Assembly: GCA_043228905.1 (NCBI GenBank)
Contig: JBHGNT010000006.1
Coordinates: 22,692,001 to 22,756,000, forward strand
Length of the DNA: 64,000 nucleotides
Direction of reading: 5' to 3'
Origin: Azolla caroliniana
Lineage: Eukaryota; Plantae; Polypodiophyta
Made by a program: the position numbers and the translations under genes
The notes under the pieces: generated by a model
Database searches by the model: none
Told to the model about the DNA's origin: nothing
What the model saw: only the letters and a program-made list of their open reading frames with translations
Shown here: positions 12,450 through 24,317 of the stretch, piece after piece
Position numbering within the stretch: the stretch's first letter is position 1
How the letters are laid out: every line of letters begins with the position of its first letter

Positions 12450-15441
12450 GTTCTCTCTCATTCCTTCTTCTACACTACACACATGTTTGCATTGCGGACA
12501 TTGCGCACCATCTTGCATTGTGCACACACGCACGCACACACCTATTTCTATGACACTATGGAAATATATGTTTGTCTCGTCCCGACTCACCTTCCCCAAT
12601 TCTCATGTTATAACATGTCCTAAGTCTAGGCTTAGGCTATTGACTAAAGGTTTCTTGCAATGGTGCCTTGAGCATCTCCCAAAAATGTTCACATATGTCG
12701 TTGGATACTTGATATAAGTGTTGCCAGATGCAAGGGGAGGTGTATGTGCAAACACATGATTTGCTAAATGAGTTGATGCATTAGTGTCTAGTAGTTCGGT
12801 ATTGATTGGTTTGCAAGATTTGGATGTTGGAAAAACGTCAAATAAGGAAGAGTTCTAGATTTCAGAGGTGGATTCATCTTCATACCATGTGCCATCCTTC
12901 ATGCTAGCTGTTCCTATTCCTCAAAACTATTTCGAATGACAAACCTCTTTTAGACACCTATGTAGACGGCCTTATAAAATGGACCTCTTATGGTTTGATT
13001 GGATAGATTACCGTGTTCTATTCCAATAATATTTGCCATAAATGTTGCAAATGTTTGTTTCTCTGTATACCTTATAGTAGTAAATATTTCATCACGAAAT
13101 GCTTCAAGGCTCTTTCAGGAGTTTCCTTTAAATTTTGTATAAAAATGCCCTTGTCTATAATAGGTGTTTGGGGTCAATTCGGTTTGATGATGTTGACATA
13201 TTATCATAACTTGTAATTTTCATTAATAGACCCTTATCTTATAATTTTTCTTTTTATCTAGTTAATATCATAGCAAGCAAAAACATCTTTGTTCTTCTCA
13301 CCTTTTATTTAAATCATAGTTCCTATGAGGGTGAACCTATTGCTATTTTCATACTAACAATCCTTGTTCAACTACGTTTACATAGTTTTCATTGTTGCTT
13401 TTAGAATAAAATAAAAAGCGAGTTCTTCGTTAGAATACATTCTTTAAAATAAACCAATAGTGGTCCCTTAATAATTCTTCAACACATCCTCTTCTCTTTT
13501 GGTAGAACATCATCATCCAAATGAACTTTGATACATTCAATATTGTTCTATGTGCACGTGTTTTCGTGAACGCATTTCGTTTGGTTCTCATGATAGCCTA
13601 GACCATTGTTATGCTCTTTCCTTTCAATGCTTTTAGTTTATTTTGTATAGATGACTTGTGGGTTCGAACTTCATATCCATTGTGAACTAAGTTTCCCACC
13701 TTTTTAATGCATTACAACACAAAAAGTACATTTCAATGTACCACGTTCCTAGATCAAGTTGTGTCTTGTCCATGCATGATAAAAAATTAGGTGCAGTGGT
13801 AAAGTCCTCCTTTAAAGATAAGACAAACCTATTGTTAGGAAGGTGAAGAGGAAGCTTGTCCTTTTTGCAAGCTCTATCAATCCTTCTAAAAATCTTCTTT
13901 CAACTGTCACATGAATTAACAGATGTAAAATATTGTAAGTTATGAAGTACACTTTTCCAGTGAGTTAGTGTGAGCTAGTGTTGGCCATATCAACAATCCA
14001 AACACATTGCAAATAGTTTATTGGTAGTGCGATTCATTCACGAACACAATTTATTTACCTTGATTGCATGTAATCCCTTGTCCCAATCAAAAGTGATGCT
14101 TCTTAATCCTTGTCATACCATCTTCAAGTTGGCCATGTGCACAAACATACGACCACCAACTCAATGCCTTTGTTGGATTGCATCATTGCATCACATCTTC
14201 ATGAAACATGAAAATACCATAATTTTTTCCATCTTTCTCATTATATTTATGCTTTGTTTTCTCCAATCTCATTTATTTCCTCTGATTGAAGCATAAAATT
14301 GGAATCAATTGTTCTTATTTAAAGTTAAAGAGATTTAGCTTGAGGTTTTACTGATTGAATATTGCCGCAATATTTGCAAAATATAGAAAACTAGCTTTAT
14401 GGCATCAAAGATTGATCATGGTATTTAGCATTGGCGATGAGATTCAATTTAAAAAATAAATATCATACTATATTGTGTGCCTCTCCTATGATGGAAACAA
14501 TTTTCTTGGACTTTTATTAGAGGGATGTGCATATGCGTGGATAAGGAGAATCTGATACATACGTGTGCATGATCATATTATAAAATTTAGTGGGCTATGA
14601 ATAGTACACTACTATATTAACATGGTGATTAGGGGATCTATGGCTAACCGATGAACCAATGATTACTTTCCGTTGAAGATCCCCATAAAACGTTCCTTAT
14701 ATGGGGATATGGTCTCTCTAGCATGACCCCCACATGGCAATTTCTTTTACTCGTACATACGAGAGTTGGTTTCACACTAACATCTTTCTCTTGGTTTGTG
14801 CCAATTCCCTAGATCATCATATGCATGCATGTGTACTTAGGGCACACCTATTGGTTTCCTCAAGCTACTTCTTAATGTCAAGCTAGACCTACTTGATTGA
14901 TGACCACATCACAATAGTGATGACAAATACTTACTTAGGAGCTGCTACCTCTTATGCCTTTCCAAAGGGATTGTTGGTTTTGGCAAATTGTGCTCACTTG
15001 ATTTTTGTGAAAATTTGATGCATGTTTACAACATTTGGAATAATATTTGAATGTTAGAACTTACAACTTGTGCTACTAAGATCAATGAATTGGTAGAAAA
15101 CTAAATAATCCTATACTCATAGTAATGTTCATCTAACATCAATAGAAAAATAAATAATCATATGTTCATGTTGATAAGGGTTATCATATTTTTTTTTTCC
15201 ATAAAAAATATCCTCCATTGGTATTAAAATAGTCCACTATTACAATGAATATTGCATGTGAATGTGGTTGCATCAGGTTTTAGACCTGATAAGGGTTATC
15301 ATATTAATCATACATTCATATGGTAATGGTTATCATGGAATAACATATTGAATTCATATGATTATAACTATTTATAAAACTTTACTTTTTCATTGTAAAT
15401 TATAAACTAGAATTAAATGCATGTTGGAATGTTGGATGCAG

Positions 15442-16132
15442 GAGCTATTATAGATGTACAAATAGCAAATGCACAGTAAAGAAGAGAGTTGAGAGATCAC
15501 CAAAAGATCCAAGTTTAGTCATAACAACATATGAGGGTCAACACAACCATCATAGTCCAGCTGTTCTTCGTGGGGCAAACACAACAATGGGATCAGGAAT
15601 GGACCAACAAATGCACATGCAATTTCTCCAGTTTAGTAATGCACTACCTTCTACAATGTGTGGACCATCCACTACAAGCATTAATGATCCCCATGGTGCC
15701 TTCTCTTTTCCCCAAACATCTCAACATACTTCATATAATCTTCCTCCACACCTCAATTTGCCACCTCTTAATTATCCTCAACTCCCTTCCTCCAACTTTC
15801 TTTTCCCTAATCCCTCCTTGTCAACCTTCATTACAAATCCCAATCCTAACCCCAATCCTAATCCTATCCTCCCGTCTCATCCACCAACTTATACTCATCA
15901 TCTTGGTTCTCATTCTCCTAACACTCCTCACATTTTGGATCCTTCGCACTCTTCTACTCCTCTTGACCACCTTAACCATCATACATCTGCACCCTTAGTC
16001 CCTCTGACCTCCTTTTCGAACCCCCTTACCACCCAACAATTACCTCAATCACAAATCCTCCTCAATTCAGAGAGTATTCTTGGTGGCATATTGTTCTCGG
16101 GCGATGGGAATCCTAATCCTAACCCTCAATAG
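15442..16132 (+). CDS. WRKY: WRKY exon 3 (zinc finger C-X4-C-X23-H-X-H plus Pro/His-rich tail); group IIc
   Basis: TGCAG acceptor ends 15441; reads (R)SYYRCTNSKCTVKKRVERSPKDPSLVITTYEGQHNH in frame to TAG 16130-16132; spliced CDS 2106 nt = 701 aa. Confidence 0.93.
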
Positions 16133-17949
16133 TTACGAATAGAATGGTCAAAACAACACTTCCTTTGAATGATGGCCATATTTTGGCCCAATTCTTTGTC
16201 ATGAAATCATATCATAAGTTAGCACTATATACTTGGTCACATTGTTTATACACAAAAGTGGAGTACACACAATTATATGCATATGATTTGAGGTCCTTCC
16301 ATTTCATTACAATTTTGAGTTGCTACACATCCCTATATTAATAGAGAAAAAAGAATCATGATAGTGAGTTAAGAAATCCCAATGTGGCATCTAAATTATA
16401 GTGTGTGAATGCTAGCTACAAGATGTACAACATAGCCTTGGTTGTTAAAAGGATATTTTGAACATATAAACGTAATCATACAATTTATATAGGAGATATT
16501 AGCAATTGGATCATGCTTGAGCTGGTTGTGCTAAGAAAAAAAACATGAGGAGGAAACAAGGAATGTGTCTATGCATGAACATTACATGAGAGGTCAATGG
16601 AGTTTATGCAACAAACACATGTACACATGCATACCATATATTTCTTATAGTCACAAAATATTCTAGAATATTTATGAAATGTTTTTACATCCTCAATTGG
16701 AAAGGTATGAATAATGAGACCTCATCATTTTTCATGATTAGTGCACAAACATTTTCAAGATTGCCAAACAATACCTCTCGCATTAGGGATATATTGAATT
16801 ACGGATAATGTATTAATCTGTGGCAAGTTTTCTAAATAAATATAATTTCCTTTTACCCCTACTAAACATTAAACATTAACATAATGTTCAACATTGTTTT
16901 CCTTAATGGTAAAGCGCAGTTGGAAGAAACATTTCTCTACCATAAGTATTTGAGAGAATAATTTGTCTATACAATGAACTCATTGTTGTCTTATTAAATA
17001 GCACAATAGGAAATATATTGTTCATCAGTACATTTCTCATGATGAATCTAGAAGCTTAAGGACACAAACATTATTCTTGAGAAATGTTGCATTTTTAGAA
17101 TTATAACTAAGATGTACATGTGAATGGCCCAAAGAGAATGTGGTCAATGTTTGAGCCCACATAACATAAGGAATGTTAAATTTCATACAAAAGGTAGACC
17201 CACACTCAACTGCAATGAAAACATAATTTCCATGAGCCATATTTAACCCATATTATGAAGAGTATTGGGCATATATTTGTGTGTCTGTTATTGTAACTCT
17301 AGTTCTAAGCTAGTTCAGAATCATCTTACTACTTCCTTACTCTCAATGATCCATAACTTCACTTGGTGTCAACATATATTTCAAGAGCATTATAAATTAT
17401 TTGGAGTTGAGAGACTATTTCGTATGCAAGCTCCTAGATAATGATACTAGAAGAATGACTCATTTATAAAGTCAATGCGATTTCCTTGTGATATTGAGGA
17501 CTTTAGACGACTCTAAGATCTAGGGCCGTTGCTTATGACATGATTTAAAAATAAATAAATTCTTTGCAACTTTGAACAACATTTGACTGGATTACTTCCT
17601 TTAATTAGTAAATGGTTGGAATAAGAGCATACCAAAGAGATTAAGTAAGAATAGTTGCATAGTAAATGGTGGATTATTAGTTTGCACCATATGTACGCAT
17701 GTCATGAACACGGTTCATGATAACACAATTTCTAATGAAATGGGGTGTTATAATGAAATCCCATACAAACATGTCATAAAACAAACTTGTTATATTTTTA
17801 CATCCTTCATGATAACATACATTCACTTAGTTTTGGAACAAAATAGAGCACAACACATGCATGTATGACATGACCATGCTTGAAATTTGTTTCATTCCTC
17901 ATCATAACACAACCTTACTAGGTTTTGGAATGATTCATTTGGTTTAGGT

Positions 17950-18480
17950 TAATCTTGAGATTGATGAGGTATTTGCACAAATGATGTTGCAACCAATGAA
18001 TGCGGTTGGATATACACAATTCGAACTGCAAATTAAGCCAATAATTGAGCATAAAGGGTTTGGAAGGGTTGAAAAGCATATCTTGGGGATAGTGATTGTT
18101 CGAGACAAGAAAAATCGATAGATCCACGTAAAATATATCAACAAGGCTTTCGAGCGATTCTGCATGAGTTCAACCAAACCTCTAGGTATGCCAATACTGA
18201 CCTACCTAAGTGTAAGCAAGGATTGAAGCCCATAATCCAACGTCAGTAAGGAACATTACTCATTCATTTTTTGCAACCTAATATATGTGATGGTCGGCCG
18301 AAAGTAGACATAAAATACACACTACGTGTGTTGAGTAGGTTCATGTCAAATCTCAACAAGAAGCATTGGAAAGTATTGAAAGACATTATATGATACCTCA
18401 ACAATACAAGGAAACAAGACTTGATCTTTTGTAGAGGTTGTTTTTCTTTTCCTAATAATGTATTTGAACATATCTACATG
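17950..18480 (+). mobile_element. Ancient Ty1/Copia RT-RNaseH remnant
   Basis: Decayed peptides HILGIVIVRDKKNR...YINKAFERFCMSSTKP...LSRFMSNLNKKHWKVLK resemble Copia RT C-terminus. Confidence 0.65.
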
Positions 18481-18725
18481 AGTTGTGTAGATATGTCGTC
18501 AGGTTTGCACGAGGACAAGTGTTGTAGAGGTTTACACAATCTTTGAAGTTCCTGAAGCCTTACAAGAAGACAATGACATCACAAATATCTTATCCCCTCA
18601 ACCACTCCCAAAATGAGCCCTTTGGAGTGACAATAGAGCAAAATGCGACATTAATGTGGTACAACGCTATGGATGACACGTGTGGCAAAATTGTCTATCA
18701 CATCCATGAGAGAGGATGATGGGAG

Positions 18726-18976
18726 TGTTACCTGTATAGGTGTACGGGAGGGTTAAGGGTGTAATGTATAAGGTGTAATGTGTAAGGTGCAATGTGCAAT
18801 GTGTGAGTGTGAGGAAGAGTGTGTACACATGCACATTTGGCTTTTTGTGTGCTTGTGTACAAATGTGAGAGAGTGGGGTAAGTAGGTGTAACTACTCCCA
18901 TTTGGCTTTTTGTAATGTCTTGGACTATATAAACCCCACCCACGAGGCATGAAATGAAGGAATAGTAGTGAAGTTA
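18726..18976 (+). mobile_element. LTR-like segment, probably the 3' LTR of the old Copia
   Basis: Purine tract GAGAGGATGATGGGAG immediately before TGTTAC at 18726; TATATAAA at ~18927; right boundary uncertain. Confidence 0.4.
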
Positions 18977-19099
18977 CCCCTCAACTTGTGTCCTGTCTCG
19001 ATTTTCCCTCAAATTCTCTGTGTGTGTGTGTGTGTGTGTGTGTATACTTCAACGCTTCTATTATAATTAATACGCTTCTTTATCATGCGTTATTTATGT

Positions 19100-21719
19100 T
19101 TGTCCTCTTACGGCGGACAACACCTGGCATGCCTGTGGGACAGTGCCTTGGCATGTTGGACCCCTCCTTCCTTTACTCGTCTTCCAAAATATCGAGGATA
19201 TTTGGCTCCAAGCGCTCGTCATTACTTGTCGTGATTGGTGGCGCCGTAACGTGGTTGGGCTCGTCTCTTTGTGGCTCAACACGTGCTTCCGCCTGCCATA
19301 TCTCTTCTTGTACTGCTTCCTCCATAGTGATTGTCGTGGCTGGGACTGTGTCGTTGGGTACGATCATCGTAGTCACCTCCGGAGTGCCTGCTTGTTTGGT
19401 CGGCATTTCGTTCTGCTTCGCAGAGTCACTATCCTATGGGAATGTGTCGTTGGGTATGGTCGTCATAGTCACCTCCGGAGTGCCTGCCTATTTGGTCGGG
19501 GTCTCGTCCTGCTCCGCGGAGTCACTATCTTGTAAGGTGATGGCTTCCGCCTTCTTCATCTCTTCCGTCCTTTGATGTTCACTTCCGATGTCGCACAGCT
19601 GGAGGAACACTTCTTCTTGACTTTCACTGAAGTTGTGCTTTTTCTGGGCCGCTTCTCTAACACTGAAATAATGTTTCCCTTTTTGATTCCTTTTTCGCGA
19701 AGCCTTTTCCTCTCTTCCTTTCGGCCATATGCTGCTATTTCGGCGTTGAGCTGGTCTTGGATCAGCTTAGCCGCCTTGCGTCCTTTCGCTTGGATGTCCG
19801 CCTCTTTGTCTGACGACTGGCGGAGTTCTGATCGAAGGCGGACAATCTCCGTTTCGGCTAGTTGCGTATCCTTTTTCGACTTTGCCGCTATTGCTGCTTG
19901 AGCCACTACCTCCTCCCGTAGAGTTGTCACTTCGGCGTCGTGGGAGATAGTAGCCGGAGGAGGGTCTTGCGTAGGAGTCACGTTATTCTCCAACTGTGTG
20001 ATGCGCTCCTGCGTCTTAATTGGTCCTGGGTTATTTTGACAGTTTTCCACACATTTTTATTCTTAACTGCCATGTCTTTGGCGCCCAGACTGACCCTTGC
20101 CAACTCCCTATGGATCTCCACTAAGGCAACATTTAGTGGAGGGAGTTCGATTCCGACATGGCGGACCCCCGCGTTGTGCTTCTTGCCCAGTTTTGCTAGT
20201 GGTTCTTCATCATCACTCTCCGCCATTTGTGTTAGTGCGCGCTCGATCATTTGTTGTTCGGGGTGCTCCTCGGCCATTTGCTGGGAGACTTTTATCTGTT
20301 GTGTTGCCAGGAATTCCATGAGTTCGTATGTCGTACCAAACCGCAACAAAGTGCCGAACTCATGGGCCGTATCCGGAATGTCTGGATAGTTTAACACTTC
20401 ACTTTCCGCTGTGAGCATGCCTTTACCGCATTGTGATTGTGCAGTTATGATTGGCCGCGGCTCGTGAATGAGTTCCAATGTGGAAGTGGGCTCCGTGGGG
20501 GCGTAATGTTCGACCCACACAACCGTATCTTTTACTAGTCCGCGCCCGTCCTTCCTATCCAGCCATCGACGTTTAGGCCTAGGGCTACCTCGATTCGGCT
20601 CTTGCTCATCCTGCTCGGCCGTAGTTGGCGCTTCCACGGAGTCAACGCGGTTGATTTGTAGCTCTTCTTGCGTCGGAGCTGCTTCGGTGGTGGAAGGGTT
20701 CGGTGCTTCCTCCCATTCCGTTGTTGCGAGGTATGCTAACCTCCATTTCGCGAACCGAGGTGGAGGCGTGGGTCTGGATTTGTCTGGGGCGGGAAATCCT
20801 CGGGGAGGGAATAATATGGTTAAGTACTGTTGTATTATTGGACGCAACTTTTTCCTGGCCCGAAATGCTTGAAGGCCTTCCCTTAGTGTTGGGCCCATGA
20901 TTACCCCCCAATCGACGGAGCGGCCTTCAAACGTGTCAATGACGATGCTGGCTTTCTGCTTTGGCATGTTGGGAGACAGGTCCCTCCGGATGGAAAGGAA
21001 GAAGAGCAGTGCTAATGAAACCGTATGAGGAGTACCCGGCTACGGAGAGCAAGATGGTGCAGACCCAGTGAGAATCGGATGAGGAGTACCCGACTATCCG
21101 TAGCCAGATGGTGCAGACCCGGTGAGGAGTGCTCACTGGATGAAGAGACATATTAGTAAATATGTTTCTGAGTGTCTATCATGGCTATATTTGTAAATAG
21201 CCGAAAAGTCATATTAGTATAAATATGACTTAGGGCAAACTTTTAGTTAGTTGTTGTGATTCTTGTTGGTGCAAGGAGAGAGATAGCGCATAACCGTGTA
21301 CAGAGAGAGAGAGAGAGAGAGAGAAAAAGATGTTGTTGCCTCTGTTGTAACTGCCGCCTGTGGCGAGGATCGTGGGCACGAGGTCGTTGCCTCCGTGAAC
21401 TCACTGTTGTACATTCTAGCATAGTGATAGTTTGCAGTCTGTGGGCTGCCGTGGTTTTTCCCTTAGTGTGGGTTTTCCACGTAAACATCCTGCGTACTCG
21501 TCTCTTCTCTTGTGTCATGACATTCATTCCCGTTTTCTGTGTATAATTTTAAGCTCGGTTGGGGCCGAGCATTGCGCATAAGGAACGTGTAGTTCCCGTC
21601 AATCTCGTAGGCGTTTACGTGGACACAACCGACTTCCAACAGGAACTTTGCTACCTCCCGAAAAAAGGAATTCAGGATATCCTTTGTCTTGTACGCCTTG
21701 GCGGAGGTTGAATACTCTC
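19100..21719 (-). mobile_element. Gypsy extra (post-pol) ORF remnant, interrupted by a solo LTR
   Basis: REYSTSAKAYKT...FREVAKFLLE...MPKQKASIVIDTFEGRSVDW...QYLTILFPP...ILDILEDE* aligns by eye with the extra ORF at 50060-57857 (GDYSLSSKAYRT...FREVTRVLHE...MPKNRAGFIILTYEGV*VD...QWLTLLAPP...ILDILEGD*). Confidence 0.75.
20967..21601 (+). mobile_element. Solo LTR, Copia family A
   Basis: TGTTGGGAGACAG...TTCCCGTCA ends shared with LTRs at 35823 and 49222; host ORF continuous across it; right flank ATCTC, left TSD copy apparently lost 4 bp. Confidence 0.85.
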
Positions 21720-22098
21720 TATAAAGAATCAAGAGATGGATTCTTGTGAAGCGGAAGAGATATGAGTTATGTGTGGGTATGAGAGAGAGGGAGAGAGTGA
21801 GAGAGACAAGGAATACGCAAGGTAAAAGTATATTGACAAAGGAGAAAGACTCAACATTATACAAGGTGGGAGGAGGGTGCTTTATATAGTCACCCTCTCT
21901 CTTCATTAACTACAAGACTCATGGAGCATGGGGAATGTGAAAGCTCATAAGTTATGTGTCATAGAATATGATTCTATGACTCATACTAAATGCTAGAATA
22001 AAAAGTGGTGACATAATGGTGACTCTTGACCGTTGGAGTGTCTCTTCACTCTCAAGGTGAGTTCACACACTAGACCAAGTTGAGCTTGATTCTCAACA
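21720..22098 (-). mobile_element. 3' LTR of Copia family B with PPT remnant
   Basis: Minus strand GGGGGCG|TGTTGAGAATCAAGCTCAAC matches GGGGGCA|TGTTGAGATATCAAGCTCAAC at 60686; TATA and CT tract inside; other end approximate (CA apparently mutated to TA). Confidence 0.7.
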
Positions 22099-22105
22099 CG
22101 CCCCC

Positions 22106-24317
22106 CGAGGGAAGTTCAAGGAGTACTGCCGGTTGAAGGGAATCCGGCTTGAATTTTCCATGCCGAAGACGCCGGAAGTAAACAAGCTGGCCGAATGGAT
22201 GAACCGGACCATAATGGAGAGAGTTCGGAGCATGCTTGCACATGCCAAGTTACCCAAGACGTTTTGGGCTGAGGCGTTGATGACGACGATTTACATGATA
22301 AACAGATCACCCTCAGTACCCTTGGATAGAGACACCACAAAGAGTATGGACCGGTGAGGACGTGTCTTACCGACATCTGAAGGTGTTCAAGTGTCTTGCA
22401 TATGTGTATGTTGCAAAGGACAAGAGAGCAAAGCTGGATCCAAAGTCTAGACCATGCATATTCCTTGGATACGGCGATGATGAGTTTGGTTACCGGGTGT
22501 GGGATCTGGTCGACAAGAAGGTGTTCCAGAGTTGGGACATAGTGTTCATGGAAGACAGGACCATTGCCAACTAGGAGTCGGAGAAGAAGATGATGAACTC
22601 CGGATCATCCAATGAAAACTGGTTTGATGACACAAGGACCTACTCGGTTGAAAACCAACAGGTGTTGGCCGACAACCGGATGACACTCGACGAAACGGCC
22701 GGATACGGACAAGAAATCAAAACGACCGAAGAAGAAGAAGAAAAAGAAGACACCGGAACCAGACAAGACCCCGAATCAGATGAGGACGAGGAGCAAACGG
22801 AGGAACCGGTGGTCGGAAATCAAGAATGGAGATATCCTCTAAGAGAGAGAAGATCCCCTCAGAGATTTCCTAATGCAGAGCATGTGCTGTTAACCGATGA
22901 AGGGGAATCGTAAAGCTTCGAAGAAGCAAAGAAAGACACCCACAACCGCAAGTGGTTGAGTGTCATGCAGGATGAGATGGATTCCCTGCATGAGAACCAC
23001 ATGTATGAACTGGTGGAGTTGCTGAAATGAAAGAGGGCACTCCGGAACAAGTGGGTGTACAAGCTAAAACCGGGAGATGCCAAAAACCCACCGAGATACA
23101 AACCCCGGATCATGGTGAAGGGGTTCCAACAGAAGAAAGGAGTGGATTTCGACTTCCATCCAGATGGTGCTGAGCATAGCGGCAAGACCTCGAGGTAGAG
23201 CAACAAGACGTAAAGACGACGTTCCTCCATGGTGACCTCGAAGAGGAGATCTACATGCAACAACCAAAAGGATTTGTGAAGAAAGGGAAGGAGCATTTGG
23301 TGTGCCGGTTGAAGAAGAGCTTATACGGACTGAAGCAAGCTCCCTGATAATGGTACCAGAAGTTCGACTCCTTCATGACCGACCAAGGGTACCACAAGAC
23401 ACAGGCTGATCACTGTGTGTTTGTGAAGAAATTTGACGGAGGAGATTTACTGATACTCCTCCTATATGTGGATGATATGCTGATCGTCGGATGAGACCAA
23501 GGCAAGATTCAGATGCTGAAGAAGGTTCTGAACCGGAGCTTCTCAATGAAAGACTTAGGTTTGGCAAGACAGATATTGGGAATGCACATCATCCGGGACC
23601 GGTCGAAGAAGCTGTTGTGGTTGTCAGAGGAGAAGTATGTGACAAAGGTGCTTCAACGGTTCAACATGTCAGTATCGACACTTTCGGCAAACAACAAGCT
23701 ATCCGGAAAACAAAGCCCGAGGACAAAGGTGGAGAAGACGGATATGATGAAGATACCATATGCCTCCGCCGTCAGAAGCTTGATTTACGCGATGATATGT
23801 ACCTGGCTAGATATAAGATATGCAGTCGGAGTGGTGAACCGATTCATGAGCAATCCCAGAAGAGAGAACTGGAACGCGGTAAAGTGGGTACTCCGGTATT
23901 TGAAAGGCACCTCGAGTATGTTCCTCCGATTCAGCTCCGGTAAACCCCTCTTGGAAGGCTTCACTGATTTGGATATGTCAGCTGATGCGGATACCAGCCA
24001 CATCCGGATATGTCATGACTTATGCAGGGGGAGTTGTTTCATGGCAGTTGAGGCTGCAAAAGACGGTTGTGTTGTCAACTACGGAGGCAGAGTACATGGC
24101 AGTTGTGGAAGCTGGCAAGGAGATAATCTGGATGAAGGACTTCATCGGAGAGCTAGGGATCCAACAGGAGGAATACCTGCTTCACTGTGATAGTCAAAGT
24201 GCCACCCACCTTGCGAGGAACGCGGCCTACCATTCCCAAATGAAACATATCCAGCGGAGGTACCACTGGATCCGGGAGAGAGTAGAAGATAAAGAGTTTG
24301 TGCTGACGAAGATCCAT
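22106..24317 (+). mobile_element. Copia family A internal fragment (INT C-half, RT, RNase H), pseudogenised
   Basis: KTPEVNKLAEWMNRT, FWAEAL, GYGDDEFGYRVWD, LLYVDDMLI, STTEAEY, KHIQRRYHWIRE; stops and frameshifts; no LTRs attached. Confidence 0.93.

Noticed and set aside
12700-14300. Possible decayed transposase in WRKY intron 2
   Set aside because: Composition suggests a TE relic, but no motif could be read reliably
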